64,000 nt of DNA from Candidatus Multivoradales bacterium (lineage in GTDB: Bacteria; Acidobacteriota; Thermoanaerobaculia; Multivoradales; JAHEKO01). Location: assembly GCA_965248055.1 (NCBI GenBank), contig CBDFIJ010000004.1, forward strand, positions 1,216,001-1,280,000, given 5' to 3'. Positions 50,817 through 60,673 of this stretch are shown here, piece by piece; within the stretch, counting starts at the first letter, position 1, and each line of letters opens with the position of its first letter. The position numbers and the translations under genes are program-made. Below the pieces are notes generated by a model. It was given only the letters and a program-made list of their open reading frames with translations. It was not told the origin of the DNA and made no database searches.

Positions 50817-52676
50817 CTAGTCTCGGGGGCCAAAGGTGCCAGAAGGCGCTGCGGGTGCGACGACCTCAACCGGCTCAGGCTCGGCAATCTTGGAAGGATC
50901 TTCCCCAGGATTCAGAAATCGATCTTCTTCGATCCGATGTTGCTTGGTGTAGAGCTCGCGATAACGACCATCGCGTTGCAGCAACTCGTGATGCTGTCCG
51001 CGTTCCACTACGCGACCACCTTCCACCACCAAAATTTGGTTGGCATCGCGAATCGTTGACAGACGGTGCGCGATGACAAACGTGGTACGCCCTGCGCGAA
51101 GTCGCCGCAGCCCTTCCTGAATCAACAGTTCACTTTCGCTGTCCAGGCTGGAGGTTGCCTCGTCCAAGATCAAGATTCTCGGATCGGCGAGCATCGCTCG
51201 CGCAATGGCGACGCGCTGTCGTTGTCCACCGGAAAGCTTGACCCCGCGTTCGCCGATCACCGTGTCGTAGCCCTCGGGAAAGCCCTCGACGAACTGCTGG
51301 CAGTGTGCGAGATGTCCGACCTCTTCCACCTCAGAGCGTGCAGCGTGGGGGCGACTGTAGGCGATGCTTTCTGCGATCGTGCCGTCGAACAAGAAATCGT
51401 CCTGCAAGACCGCAGCGAGATGTTCTCGATAGCCGCGCAAGTCGAGTTCGGTGACATCAACACCATCCACCAGAATGCGACCAGATTTGGCCGGGCGAAA
51501 GCCCATCACCAGGGAAATAACCGTGCTCTTACCAGCGCCCGATGACCCCACCAAGGCGGTGGTGGTCCCCGGCTCAGCAACGAAACTGATTCCTGACAAC
51601 ACCGTCTCACCTTCCACATACTCGAAGCTGACGTCATCAAATTCGATGCGCCCTTCGACTGTGGACAAAGTACGCAAGCCATCCACATCGGCACCTTCCG
51701 GCTCGGTCTCAAGGATCTCGCGCACCCGATCGAGACCGGCAAAAGCCTCCGTGATCTGGGTGCCGATCGAACTCATTTGAATCAAGGGCGTGACCATCAT
51801 CGCGGTGTAGAGCACGAACATAGTGAGATCGCCACCGTCCATGTTTCCGTTGAGGATCTCGCGAGCTCCCAACAGGCCCATGGCAACCCCGAACAATCCA
51901 AACACCAGACTGGAGACGCTGGTAATGCTCGCCACCCCGACCATCGATTTGACGATATTGCGCAGCAACTTGTGGGCTGCGTGAGCAAATACCCGGTCCT
52001 CGCGACGCTCGGCGGTGTAAGCCTTCACCTGACGGATGCCGTTAAAGGTCTCGGTCAGCCGGCCACTCATTTCCGCGTGTAACTTGCCACGCTCACGAAA
52101 CAGCGGCCTCAAACGACGAAAACCCAAGGTCATGGTCGCCGCGAATCCCAGCAACAGCACCAACGTGACCAGAGTCAAACGCCAGTTGAGCCACAACAAG
52201 ATCGCTAACGACAAAGTCGAGGTCAAGAGTCCGCCCAGCAACTGAACGAAACCGGTGCCGATCAGGTTGCGCACCCCTTCGGCGTCGTGAATCACGCGAG
52301 TGGTCAACTCCCCCGCCTTGTGATTCTCAAAGTACTCCACCGGCAACCGTGTCACGTGCTGTTGCACCTTCAAGCGCAAATCGTTGATCGCCCTCTGGGC
52401 GGAGACCCCAAGCAGCACCGTCAGGGCGAACCCAGATACCGCCTGCAATACGATCGCCGCTCCCGCGACCGCAGCAATCTTGGGCAGCAAGTCCACTTGA
52501 CCATCGCGGATAACGTCGTTGATCAGAAACCGTGAGGTCCCCGGAACCACCAGCCCCGCCAAGCGAGAGATCGTCAACAGCACCAGCCCCAACCCCAGTT
52601 TCTTGCGTTGCTGCCAGATCAAATCTTTGGCCGCACGCCAGGCGGTGGTTAGGGTCAGTTTCTTCTTGCCGCTCAC
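50817..52676 (-). CDS. ABC transporter fused permease/ATPase (MsbA-like exporter)
   Basis: 6-TM domain plus GSSGAGKS, LSGGQRQR, ILDEATSSLD, IAHRLST. Confidence 0.95.
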   Translation of the reverse strand: MSGKKKLTLTTAWRAAKDLIWQQRKKLGLGLVLLTISRLAGLVVPGTSRFLINDVIRDGQVDLLPKIAAVAGAAIVLQAVSGFALTVLLGVSAQRAINDLRLKVQQHVTRLPVEYFENHKAGELTTRVIHDAEGVRNLIGTGFVQLLGGLLTSTLSLAILLWLNWRLTLVTLVLLLGFAATMTLGFRRLRPLFRERGKLHAEMSGRLTETFNGIRQVKAYTAERREDRVFAHAAHKLLRNIVKSMVGVASITSVSSLVFGLFGVAMGLLGAREILNGNMDGGDLTMFVLYTAMMVTPLIQMSSIGTQITEAFAGLDRVREILETEPEGADVDGLRTLSTVEGRIEFDDVSFEYVEGETVLSGISFVAEPGTTTALVGSSGAGKSTVISLVMGFRPAKSGRILVDGVDVTELDLRGYREHLAAVLQDDFLFDGTIAESIAYSRPHAARSEVEEVGHLAHCQQFVEGFPEGYDTVIGERGVKLSGGQRQRVAIARAMLADPRILILDEATSSLDSESELLIQEGLRRLRAGRTTFVIAHRLSTIRDANQILVVEGGRVVERGQHHELLQRDGRYRELYTKQHRIEEDRFLNPGEDPSKIAEPEPVEVVAPAAPSGTFGPRD

Positions 52677-52823
52677 CGCAGCATCCTACTCTGAGTGAGA
52701 AAGGCGGTGTGCGTTCACCCTAATTCGCTCAGGCTCTGTCTGCTATATTCTGTGCAATCGCAATCGGTTGTCGTGTCTGACAATGCGAATTGTTTCCTAA
52801 TTAATCCTCTGAGGAGAAGAACT

Positions 52824-53024
52824 ATGTCCGTAGCAAAAGTTTCCGAAATCACTTCCACTTCGTCAAAGAGTTTTGAAGATGCCATCAAAGTGGGCATCTC
52901 TCGCGCAGACAAAACCCTCGACAACATCACCGGCGCCTGGGTCAACGAAATGAAGGTTGTTGTCAAGGACGGCGAGGTCAGCGAGTACCGCGTCAATTTG
53001 AAGGTCACCTTTGTACTCAAGTAG
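52824..53024 (+). CDS. Dodecin family protein
   Basis: MSVAKVSEITSTSSKSFEDAI...EYRVNLKVTF; GAGGAG RBS. Confidence 0.92.
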   Translation: MSVAKVSEITSTSSKSFEDAIKVGISRADKTLDNITGAWVNEMKVVVKDGEVSEYRVNLKVTFVLK

Positions 53025-53043
53025 GCGATAGACGATCACCAGC

Positions 53044-53074
53044 GGGGGCGCGCAAGCGCCCCGGTTTCGTTTTC
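53044..53074 (+). terminator. Intrinsic terminator after dodecin
   Basis: GGGGCGC-GCAA-GCGCCCC then GGTTTCGTTTT. Confidence 0.7.
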
Positions 53075-53121
53075 TCAAGGGTGCCGAGTCGGCCAACCCA
53101 CCCCACCAAGATTGTTGAATT

Positions 53122-53868
53122 GTGTCCACGCCCTCCCCACTGTGGACGCCGCCTCTCAACATCGCCCACCGTGGAGCCTCGAAGCAGGCTCCTGAAAATA
53201 CCTTCGCCGCGTTCGAGGCCGCCATCGAGGCAGGTGCCAGTGCAGTAGAAATGGACCTGCGCTTCACGGCCGATCGACGGCTGGTGGTGCTCCACGACTC
53301 CACCGTGGACCGCACCAGCGATGGTTCTGGGGCCATCGCCCGCCTAACCTACGATCAAGCTCGCGACCTCGACGTCGGGTCCTGGTTTTCTCCCGCGTTT
53401 GCCGGGCAACGAATTCCCTTGCTCAGCGAAGTGGTCGACCGAGTCTTGCCGCGGATTCCCTGCGTGTTTCACATCAAAGCGGCCTCCGGTCTGGCCACCG
53501 AGGTGGTCGGCGCGATCGATCCCGAACAACGACAGAGGGCGACAATTTCATGCTCGCGGCTGGGATCCCTGGCAGTGCTTGCCGATCGCGGGGTGCATCT
53601 AACCTGGATCACCTATTGGCGACACTGGCCGGGTTGGACGGCTTGGATCACTCGATTAGCTCGTCGCAAAGGGACCGATCGAGTGGCGCCCAAAGGGTCA
53701 ACCGTGACCCCCGCCATGGTGCAGCAGGTACACCGTGCGCAGTTGCTGGTACGCGCTTGGGGGGTCGGGGCTGACCTTGAGATGGCGCGACGGCTACTGT
53801 CTTGTGGTGTCGACGGCATGACCTTCAACGACCCGGTTGGACTCGGCAAGCTGCTGCAAAGAGTCTAG
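53122..53868 (+). CDS. Glycerophosphodiester phosphodiesterase family
   Basis: IAHRGAS..APENT, EMDLRFT.D..LVVLHD..VDRT. Confidence 0.9.
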   Translation: MSTPSPLWTPPLNIAHRGASKQAPENTFAAFEAAIEAGASAVEMDLRFTADRRLVVLHDSTVDRTSDGSGAIARLTYDQARDLDVGSWFSPAFAGQRIPLLSEVVDRVLPRIPCVFHIKAASGLATEVVGAIDPEQRQRATISCSRLGSLAVLADRGVHLTWITYWRHWPGWTAWITRLARRKGTDRVAPKGSTVTPAMVQQVHRAQLLVRAWGVGADLEMARRLLSCGVDGMTFNDPVGLGKLLQRV

Positions 53869-53879
53869 ACTCCGGCACC

Positions 53880-55013
53880 ATGGCTACCGGCGCCCCATCG
53901 ATCGTCGCCTCGATGCACGATCCAGCCCGTTTTCGAGCGTTTGACACCATGCTCGAACAAACCTCTTTTTTTGAGCTTCTGGACAACGCCCGGGCTGAGG
54001 CTGGTAAGAGTCGTGCGGAATTCTTGATCGCGATCAAGCCCAACTTCATGATGGCGGTGCGCGTTGAAGAGCCGCCGCTGGTCTATACCGACCCCCAACT
54101 GGTGGAGCACTGGATCTCCCGTCTACGCGATCAGGGGTATACCAATCTACGGGTGGTCGAAGCGCAGAACGTCTACGCCCTGTGGTACCACAATCGCTCT
54201 GTGATCAGTGTCGCTCGCGCTCTCGGCTTTAGCGGCGAGGGATACGAAATTCGCGACCTCACCAACGAGCAATTCCGCTACGACTATGGAGGCACCCTGG
54301 GCGATCATTTCGTCGGTGCTTCCTGGCGCGACGCAGACTTTCGCATCTCATTTGCCAAGAACAAGACCCACGATGTTTCTCGCTGCACGCTAGTGATCAA
54401 AAACACCTACGGCTGCCTTCCAGCCAAAGACAAGTTCTCCGAATACCACCGCAAGCGCGAGGTCGACGTGGTCACCATTGAGGCGTTGCGCCATTTTCCA
54501 GTGCATTTTTGTGCGATCGATGCAAGTTGGAGTTTGGACGGCCCGCTGGGCTACAAGGAAGGTTTTGATGTCGTTCAGGACCAAGACGGCAACATCATTC
54601 GCGAGGGTAACATCCACAAAACTGACACCATCATTGGCGGACAGGATCTGGTTGCCGTGGAACAGGTCGGAATGCTCAAAATGGGCCTCGATCCGAAAAA
54701 AGACAAACGCTTCTACAAGCTCGCCACCCAAGCCTTCGGCGAACCCGAATTTGAATGGGTCGGTGACAAGTCGATCTATGAAGGATGGCTCAACGTCGGA
54801 GCCAGCACCGCCGACGCTCTAGATATCGGCGAAGAGATTCCGGTGATCTCCCACTTTCTCGGCCAATCGATGTCCCACGTCGACCACCGATTGTTTCCAC
54901 CCAGAACCCGCGGCTGGCTGCGACGACTCGGACACTATTTCGGTCGCAAGGCGTTTATCAGCAAGGTGCGAAGTCGCAAAGGTGTTTGGGCGTCCAAAGA
55001 TCGATTGTCGTAG
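53880..55013 (+). CDS. DUF362 family protein
   Basis: IKPN, TDP.LVE, KNKTH...TLVIKNTYGC, D.VAVE. Confidence 0.75.
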   Translation: MATGAPSIVASMHDPARFRAFDTMLEQTSFFELLDNARAEAGKSRAEFLIAIKPNFMMAVRVEEPPLVYTDPQLVEHWISRLRDQGYTNLRVVEAQNVYALWYHNRSVISVARALGFSGEGYEIRDLTNEQFRYDYGGTLGDHFVGASWRDADFRISFAKNKTHDVSRCTLVIKNTYGCLPAKDKFSEYHRKREVDVVTIEALRHFPVHFCAIDASWSLDGPLGYKEGFDVVQDQDGNIIREGNIHKTDTIIGGQDLVAVEQVGMLKMGLDPKKDKRFYKLATQAFGEPEFEWVGDKSIYEGWLNVGASTADALDIGEEIPVISHFLGQSMSHVDHRLFPPRTRGWLRRLGHYFGRKAFISKVRSRKGVWASKDRLS

Positions 55014-55041
55014 GCCCAAACAATTTTGCTCAGAAAAGAGG

Positions 55042-55072
55042 AAAAGGCCCGCCGCGAACGCGACGGGCCTTT
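55042..55072. terminator. Bidirectional terminator
   Basis: AAAAGGCCCGCCGCG-AA-CGCGACGGGCCTTT between convergent genes. Confidence 0.75.
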
Positions 55073-55095
55073 GGACTTACCAATGAAACAGCGGA

Positions 55096-56949
55096 CTAGT
55101 CGTCGCCGAGGCGCCGGTTGAGAAACCGGCTCGCCTTGTCTCGCCCACCCAGCCCGAAAGCCAGGGCAAGAGCCAAAGCAACACCGCCCAGCACCGCAGA
55201 TACCGCGACCTGGACGACTTCCTCTCCGACGCCCATCTGGGTTAGACCCATGCTGAACGCCAAGAAGACGATGAAGTAATTGGCGATCAACGAGACCAAC
55301 TTGCCCTGCGGATGGTTGGACAAAAGATCGCCTACCAAGCGGCCAACGTAGGCGCCGACCGACAAGCCAGCAACGATAATTGCCAGACCAATCAGCAGAT
55401 TCGGCAAATACGTCAGCAGGCTACCGACCATGCCGGAGAGCTCCTCCAGATGCAGGGTCGAGAGTGCTTGTTCCGCAGTCAGCAGAAGGATAACTCCCAT
55501 AACCACCGCCCCCACAATCACTGAAAGTGAGGCGCGACCCTCTTTGGGATTGAGAAAACCGAGGCCGAGCTTCTCGGGCAGCGCGTCGAAGCCGACGCCT
55601 TCCAGGAAGCTCTGCACCACGCCACGGATCGCCTTGGCAATGTAGTAGCCGATGCCGATCACAATAATCGCGACAAACACCAAAGGCACCGCTGAAAGTA
55701 ATTGTTCCAGCGTCGCCTTAACCGGCCCAGAGATCGCGTCGATCCCCAGATTGTCAACCGCGGCAATCAAAAACGGCACCAAGACGAAGAAGTAAACCAC
55801 CGCGCCGACGATGTCGGACAGACGCTTACTACCCGCGCCGAAGCCCCACTGCTCCGCGAAGCGATCCAGGCCCGCTACAGCAAGCAGATTGGAGACCACT
55901 TCGCGCACAAAGGTCGCCGCCCATTTGGCAAAGAACACCAAGATAAGGGCGCCGATCACGTTCGGAACAAACGCGAATACCTTGCTGAACATTTCATTAA
56001 TTGGCTGGACCAGAGACTCCTGGCCCAAGGCTTCGAGGAATAACGGAAGAGCCAATACCAGAATTAGATAAAAAAGCAGTCGCCCAACCTGAACGCTGGC
56101 ACCAACTCGCTCACCCTCGACCACGCGCTCGGGAATGTAGCGACCAGCCCAAGAGTCGAATCCAACAGCACCCAGTCCGCGCGAACTCAAGAACCGAACC
56201 GCGCTAGCAATCAACCATGCAATCAACAAAACGATCAACGCTTGGAGCAGCGACAGAACTGCGGAGCCAATCTGCGTCAGTACATTTTCAATCGGTCCGG
56301 CAACCATCCCCAAGTCGAAATAGTTGAAGACAGCGACAAAACCACCGAGCAAGACAACCCATTTGACAATAGCTCCAGCAGTCCCTTCAATGTCCCCTTC
56401 AGAGACCTTCTCAATCCCGGTGTTGGCGGCAAGTCGATTGTCCCAATCCGTTGCCCGCAGAGCTTTGGTCACCAGTCCGCCGAGAAACGACGCCACGATC
56501 CAAAACACCAATAAAATCGCAAAGGCAATCAAGATCGGCCACAGCATCGGACCAATCCGCTTGACCGTTCTCACCACGCCTTCGGTCCACAAGGTCTTGC
56601 CTCCCTCAACTACACTGGCGCCACCTTCGGCGACCGCGTCACGGGTCACCTCGACTGCACGGCGACTCTCGTCAACGGTGTGATCGACGATTCCCTCGCT
56701 GGCGTCAGCAACTGCTTCTCCGGTCGCAACCGCGGCCTCATCGGCGCCCTCAGCGGCTTCGCCGACCGTCTCCGCGGCGACTTCTGCTCCATCTGCGGTC
56801 GCATCGACGGCATCATCGGTCGTGTCAACGACCGCGTGAGCGACCTCTTCGACGACTGATTCTTCGCTCACAGCTTCCTGAGCCACAAGCACTGTCGTGC
56901 CCAATGCCAAAAGCAGCGCTACCGTTCCAACTATGAAAGTTTTTTTCAT
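55096..56949 (-). CDS. CmpX-like TM-helix-repeat (mechanosensitive channel-related) membrane protein
   Basis: Repeated P...A..I...G..IA..V units; C-terminal ALAFGLGGRD; acidic N-terminal extension. Confidence 0.85.
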   Translation of the reverse strand: MKKTFIVGTVALLLALGTTVLVAQEAVSEESVVEEVAHAVVDTTDDAVDATADGAEVAAETVGEAAEGADEAAVATGEAVADASEGIVDHTVDESRRAVEVTRDAVAEGGASVVEGGKTLWTEGVVRTVKRIGPMLWPILIAFAILLVFWIVASFLGGLVTKALRATDWDNRLAANTGIEKVSEGDIEGTAGAIVKWVVLLGGFVAVFNYFDLGMVAGPIENVLTQIGSAVLSLLQALIVLLIAWLIASAVRFLSSRGLGAVGFDSWAGRYIPERVVEGERVGASVQVGRLLFYLILVLALPLFLEALGQESLVQPINEMFSKVFAFVPNVIGALILVFFAKWAATFVREVVSNLLAVAGLDRFAEQWGFGAGSKRLSDIVGAVVYFFVLVPFLIAAVDNLGIDAISGPVKATLEQLLSAVPLVFVAIIVIGIGYYIAKAIRGVVQSFLEGVGFDALPEKLGLGFLNPKEGRASLSVIVGAVVMGVILLLTAEQALSTLHLEELSGMVGSLLTYLPNLLIGLAIIVAGLSVGAYVGRLVGDLLSNHPQGKLVSLIANYFIVFLAFSMGLTQMGVGEEVVQVAVSAVLGGVALALALAFGLGGRDKASRFLNRRLGDD

Positions 56950-57180
56950 ACCCGATTTTCCTCCTTGAGTTGTCAGCCGGGAACGCGATTCCGGCCACCT
57001 CATACACGATCTATCCGAACCGCCGCGCACGCGACTCAGTATTGCTAGGCCATTCTACCCTGTAGACGTGACGCTTACAGGTTTTACTACTTTCGAGTAT
57101 AAGTAAAATGTGTAATAATCAGGGGCACGGACACACCGTCAGGGAGTCCCCTTAATATCTTCCCCGGAGGGAAATGTTCT

Positions 57181-57780
57181 ATGTCCTCGATTCTCGATTC
57201 ACTTACTTCTCAAATCGGCGGTACCGAGCTGGGTCAACTGGCCAATATCCTGGGCGTCAATCAACACCAAACCCAATCTGCAGTCCCCGCGGCGGTCGGC
57301 GCTCTATTGGGAGCTTTGGGTGGCAACGCAGCACGCCGCGACGGCGCAGACTCCTTGCATCGAGCGTTGGGCAAAGACCACGACGGGAGTCTGCTGGATA
57401 ATCTCGGCGGGTTTCTGGGCGGCGGGCAGACCGGGATCGGTGAAGCCATCCTCGGTCATGTGCTGGGGGGTCGCCAAGCCACGGTGGAGAATGAACTGAG
57501 CAAGTCAACTGGCTTGGACAGCCGTTCGATCGCCAAACTGCTGACCATGCTCGCACCGATGGTGCTGGCCTACCTGGGAAAACAGCAGCGTCAAAAGGGC
57601 CTGGACTCCGGTGGGCTCGCCGAGCTTCTCGGTCGTGAACGGCAGCAGTTGCGTCAACAGCCACCAGCAAACCTGGGGATTTTGGGCGCCCTACTCGACC
57701 AAGACGGTGACGGTGACGTCAAAGATGATTTAGCAAAAGCTGGCGTCGGTATTCTGGGCAAGTTGTTCAGCCGACGTTAA
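57181..57780 (+). CDS. DUF937 family protein
   Basis: HDGSLLDNL, ILGHVLGG, LAPMVL, LDQDGDG. Confidence 0.9.
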   Translation: MSSILDSLTSQIGGTELGQLANILGVNQHQTQSAVPAAVGALLGALGGNAARRDGADSLHRALGKDHDGSLLDNLGGFLGGGQTGIGEAILGHVLGGRQATVENELSKSTGLDSRSIAKLLTMLAPMVLAYLGKQQRQKGLDSGGLAELLGRERQQLRQQPPANLGILGALLDQDGDGDVKDDLAKAGVGILGKLFSRR

Positions 57781-57821
57781 TACCTAACCCCTATCCCTAA
57801 CTAAACAGGAGGAGATCCATC

Positions 57822-58277
57822 ATGGGATTAATTGATTTTGTAAAGAGTGCCGGTCAGAAGTTATTTGGCCTTGGCCCATCCGAAGAAGAGCAGGAAGCGT
57901 CGGTCGCCTCGAAACTCACCCAAGCAGTCGCTGACATGGGGTTTGCCGCCGAGAACCTCAACATCACATTTGACGACGGCCTCGCCACCGTGACTGGAAC
58001 GGTTGAGTCTCAGGCAGTCCGCGAGAAAATCGTCTTGGTCGTGGGTAACACCGAAGGTGTCGCTCAAGTCGACGATCAGCTCGAAGTGGTCACCCCTGAG
58101 CCAGAAGCCACCTACTACACCGTGGTTTCCGGTGACTCCTTGTGGAAGATCGCCAGCGAGCACTACGGCAACGGTGCCAAGTACCACGCCATCTTTGAAG
58201 CCAACAAGCCGATGCTGAGTGACCCGGACAAGATTTATCCTGGCCAGGTGCTGCGTATTCCGCCCCTCGAAGGCTAA
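57822..58277 (+). CDS. kbp: BON-LysM potassium-binding protein (Kbp/YgaU)
   Basis: MGLIDFVKSAGQKLF, BON domain, YTVVSGDSLWKIA...PDKIYPGQVLRIP. Confidence 0.9.
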   Translation: MGLIDFVKSAGQKLFGLGPSEEEQEASVASKLTQAVADMGFAAENLNITFDDGLATVTGTVESQAVREKIVLVVGNTEGVAQVDDQLEVVTPEPEATYYTVVSGDSLWKIASEHYGNGAKYHAIFEANKPMLSDPDKIYPGQVLRIPPLEG

Positions 58278-58304
58278 TCGCACCAGCAAACTTTGTTTCG
58301 ATGG

Positions 58305-58342
58305 CAGGCCGACTCGGAAACGAGTCGGCCTGTTTTGTTTTT
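58305..58342 (+). terminator. Intrinsic terminator
   Basis: CAGGCCGACTCG-GAAA-CGAGTCGGCCTG followed by a T tract. Confidence 0.85.
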
Positions 58343-58383
58343 CCCTTTTGCCTGCACACCCTCAAAGTAGGCATAATCCCGCC

Positions 58384-60159
58384 ATGACCACCGTCGGCGA
58401 GCTCTTTCAACAAACCGCAACCCAGAGCGCCGAACGACCGGCGCTGATGGTTGATTCAGAATCTGGATGGCACGGGGATACTTGGTCTCAGTACTACCAG
58501 AAGGCAAGCACTGCAGCAATCGCGATGATCGAGATGGGCATCGCCACCGGAGACCGGGTAGCGATCTTGGGCAGCAATCGAGCTGAGTGGTTCATTGCCT
58601 GGCAAGGCGCGGTTCTCGCCGGAGCTGTCCCGGTGGGTCTGTACAGCTCAGCCAGTGCTGAACAATGCTCCTATATTGCCGACCACGCCGGCGTCAGCTT
58701 GGTGATCGTCGAAAACAGCCAAATGCTTGAGCCCCATCGCTCGTGGGTTAGAGACCAAGGGCTCCGGTTGATTGTCATGGAAGGTACCGACGAAGACGCT
58801 GAGCCCTGGAGCAGCTTGCAACACCCTGAGCCAGATCAGGAACAAATCCAAGCCCGGATCAGCGCGGTGTCCGAGGAGGACCTCTACTCTCTGATTTATA
58901 CCTCCGGCACCACCGGACGTCCCAAAGCGGTGATGTTGACCCATCACAACGTCGTTTGGACCGCAGCCAAGACCGCAACCGAATACGACTTTACCGATCA
59001 ACACCGGGTCTTGAGCTACCTCCCGCTATGCCATATCGCTGAGCAAATCATTTCCCTCAATGCTCCGATGGCGGTGGGAGCGTCCTCGTGGTTGGTGCCC
59101 AATATCACCGACCTTCCACAAGCTCTCAAGGCGGTTCGCCCGCATTTCTTTCTCGGAGTTCCGCGGGTCTGGGAAAAAATGCAGAGCGCGATCACGGATC
59201 AACTGGAAGCTGCCCCGGCGATACGCAGAAAGATCTTTCGCTGGGCGACCAGTGTCGGCCTAGAAGCCGGTTGCCGTTTACAACATCACGAAAAACCGCC
59301 GTTCGCCCTGCCCCTGGCGCGCAAACTCGTCTTGGCACCGCTCCGGCGAAAGCTCGGTTTTGACCACGCCAAAGTGTGCGCAACCTCGGCGGCGCCGATT
59401 GGTCGCTCTACCTTGGATTTCTTCTTGAGCCTTGGCATTCCGTTGTTGGAGATCTACGGCATGAGTGAGTGCAGTGGTCCAGCAACATTTTCCATGCCCG
59501 ATAACTTTCGTATTGGAAAAGCGGGGCGTTGCTTACCCGGAGGCGACCTGAGGGTTGCCGATGATGGCGAAGTACAGATGCACGGCCCTCATGTATTTGC
59601 CGGGTACTACCGAGACCAAGACGCAACTCGCGAGGCCTTTACAGAGGACGGCTGGCTGCGCTCCGGTGATCTGGGTCATTTGGACGACGAGGGATTTCTA
59701 AAGATCACCGGCCGACGCAAGGAAATCATTATCACCGCAGGGGGTAAAAACGTATCTCCGACGGCGGTCGAAGAGCAAATACTGACCATCCCCGAGATCG
59801 CCCAAGCAGTGGTGGTCGGGGATCGCAGGAAATTCTTGGTTGGCTTGCTGACTCTCGACCCTCGACGAGCCTCGGCAAAGGCGCAGGAACTGGGCAGCAC
59901 CGCCGCAGATACGACGCTGGTAGCTAAGTCCCCTGAGTTTCGGGCCTATCTGGAGCAGCGTATCGCCGAGGTCAACCAGCGACTTTCGCGCGTCGAATCG
60001 CTTAAGAATTTCGCGATATTGGATCGTGAGTTATCAATCGCCGGTGGCGAATTGACGCCCACCATGAAGCTCAAGCGCTCGGTGATCGAACAGAAGTACG
60101 CCGAGATCATCGACGGCCTCTACCGCGCCCCCAACACATCACCCGCTCAGGTCAGCTAA
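58384..60159 (+). CDS. Long-chain fatty acid-CoA ligase (FadD15/ACSBG-like)
   Basis: YTSGTTGRPK, YGMSE, SGDLG, ITGRRKEII.TAGGKN, ELTPTMKLKR. Confidence 0.93.
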   Translation: MTTVGELFQQTATQSAERPALMVDSESGWHGDTWSQYYQKASTAAIAMIEMGIATGDRVAILGSNRAEWFIAWQGAVLAGAVPVGLYSSASAEQCSYIADHAGVSLVIVENSQMLEPHRSWVRDQGLRLIVMEGTDEDAEPWSSLQHPEPDQEQIQARISAVSEEDLYSLIYTSGTTGRPKAVMLTHHNVVWTAAKTATEYDFTDQHRVLSYLPLCHIAEQIISLNAPMAVGASSWLVPNITDLPQALKAVRPHFFLGVPRVWEKMQSAITDQLEAAPAIRRKIFRWATSVGLEAGCRLQHHEKPPFALPLARKLVLAPLRRKLGFDHAKVCATSAAPIGRSTLDFFLSLGIPLLEIYGMSECSGPATFSMPDNFRIGKAGRCLPGGDLRVADDGEVQMHGPHVFAGYYRDQDATREAFTEDGWLRSGDLGHLDDEGFLKITGRRKEIIITAGGKNVSPTAVEEQILTIPEIAQAVVVGDRRKFLVGLLTLDPRRASAKAQELGSTAADTTLVAKSPEFRAYLEQRIAEVNQRLSRVESLKNFAILDRELSIAGGELTPTMKLKRSVIEQKYAEIIDGLYRAPNTSPAQVS

Positions 60160-60644
60160 AGGTCGCCAACCCCGCGGTAACCGCGGTTCCAATAGATCAA
60201 GGGTTGTTCGCCCTCACGAGGCACCGAACTGGCCTCTACGTGGCCAACATAGATGGTGTGGGTGCCAACGCAATGACGCGCATAGATCGAGCAATCCAGC
60301 CAAGCCAGGGCGTCTTGGAGAATCGGTGCTCCAGTAGCCGCCGACCCCCAGTCCCCTTCAGCAAATCGATCGCCATCCTTCAAAAACGCAAAACGGTCAG
60401 ACAAGGCTTGTTGATCGGCGGCAAGAATATTGACCGCGAAAACCGCATCGGATTTCTCCAAGAGTTGATGGGCTGAGTGTCCGCGATCAATCGCCACCGC
60501 GACCAACGGTGGATCCGGTGAGATCGAAACAAAAGCCGACACTGTCAGGCCGTGGACTTCACCGGCCGCACGCAGGGTCACCAGAGTGACCCCCGCGGGG
60601 AAATGACGCAGGGCGTCTCGATAGCTATCGGTGTCGATCGGCAA
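60156..60644 (-). CDS. Flavin reductase family protein
   Basis: FPAGVT, HGLTVSAF.SIS.DPP, GTHTIYVG, PLIY..RGY. Confidence 0.9.
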   Translation of the reverse strand: MPIDTDSYRDALRHFPAGVTLVTLRAAGEVHGLTVSAFVSISPDPPLVAVAIDRGHSAHQLLEKSDAVFAVNILAADQQALSDRFAFLKDGDRFAEGDWGSAATGAPILQDALAWLDCSIYARHCVGTHTIYVGHVEASSVPREGEQPLIYWNRGYRGVGDL

Positions 60645-60673
60645 AGTTCGATAGGTAGGCTAGCCGTCTGGGT

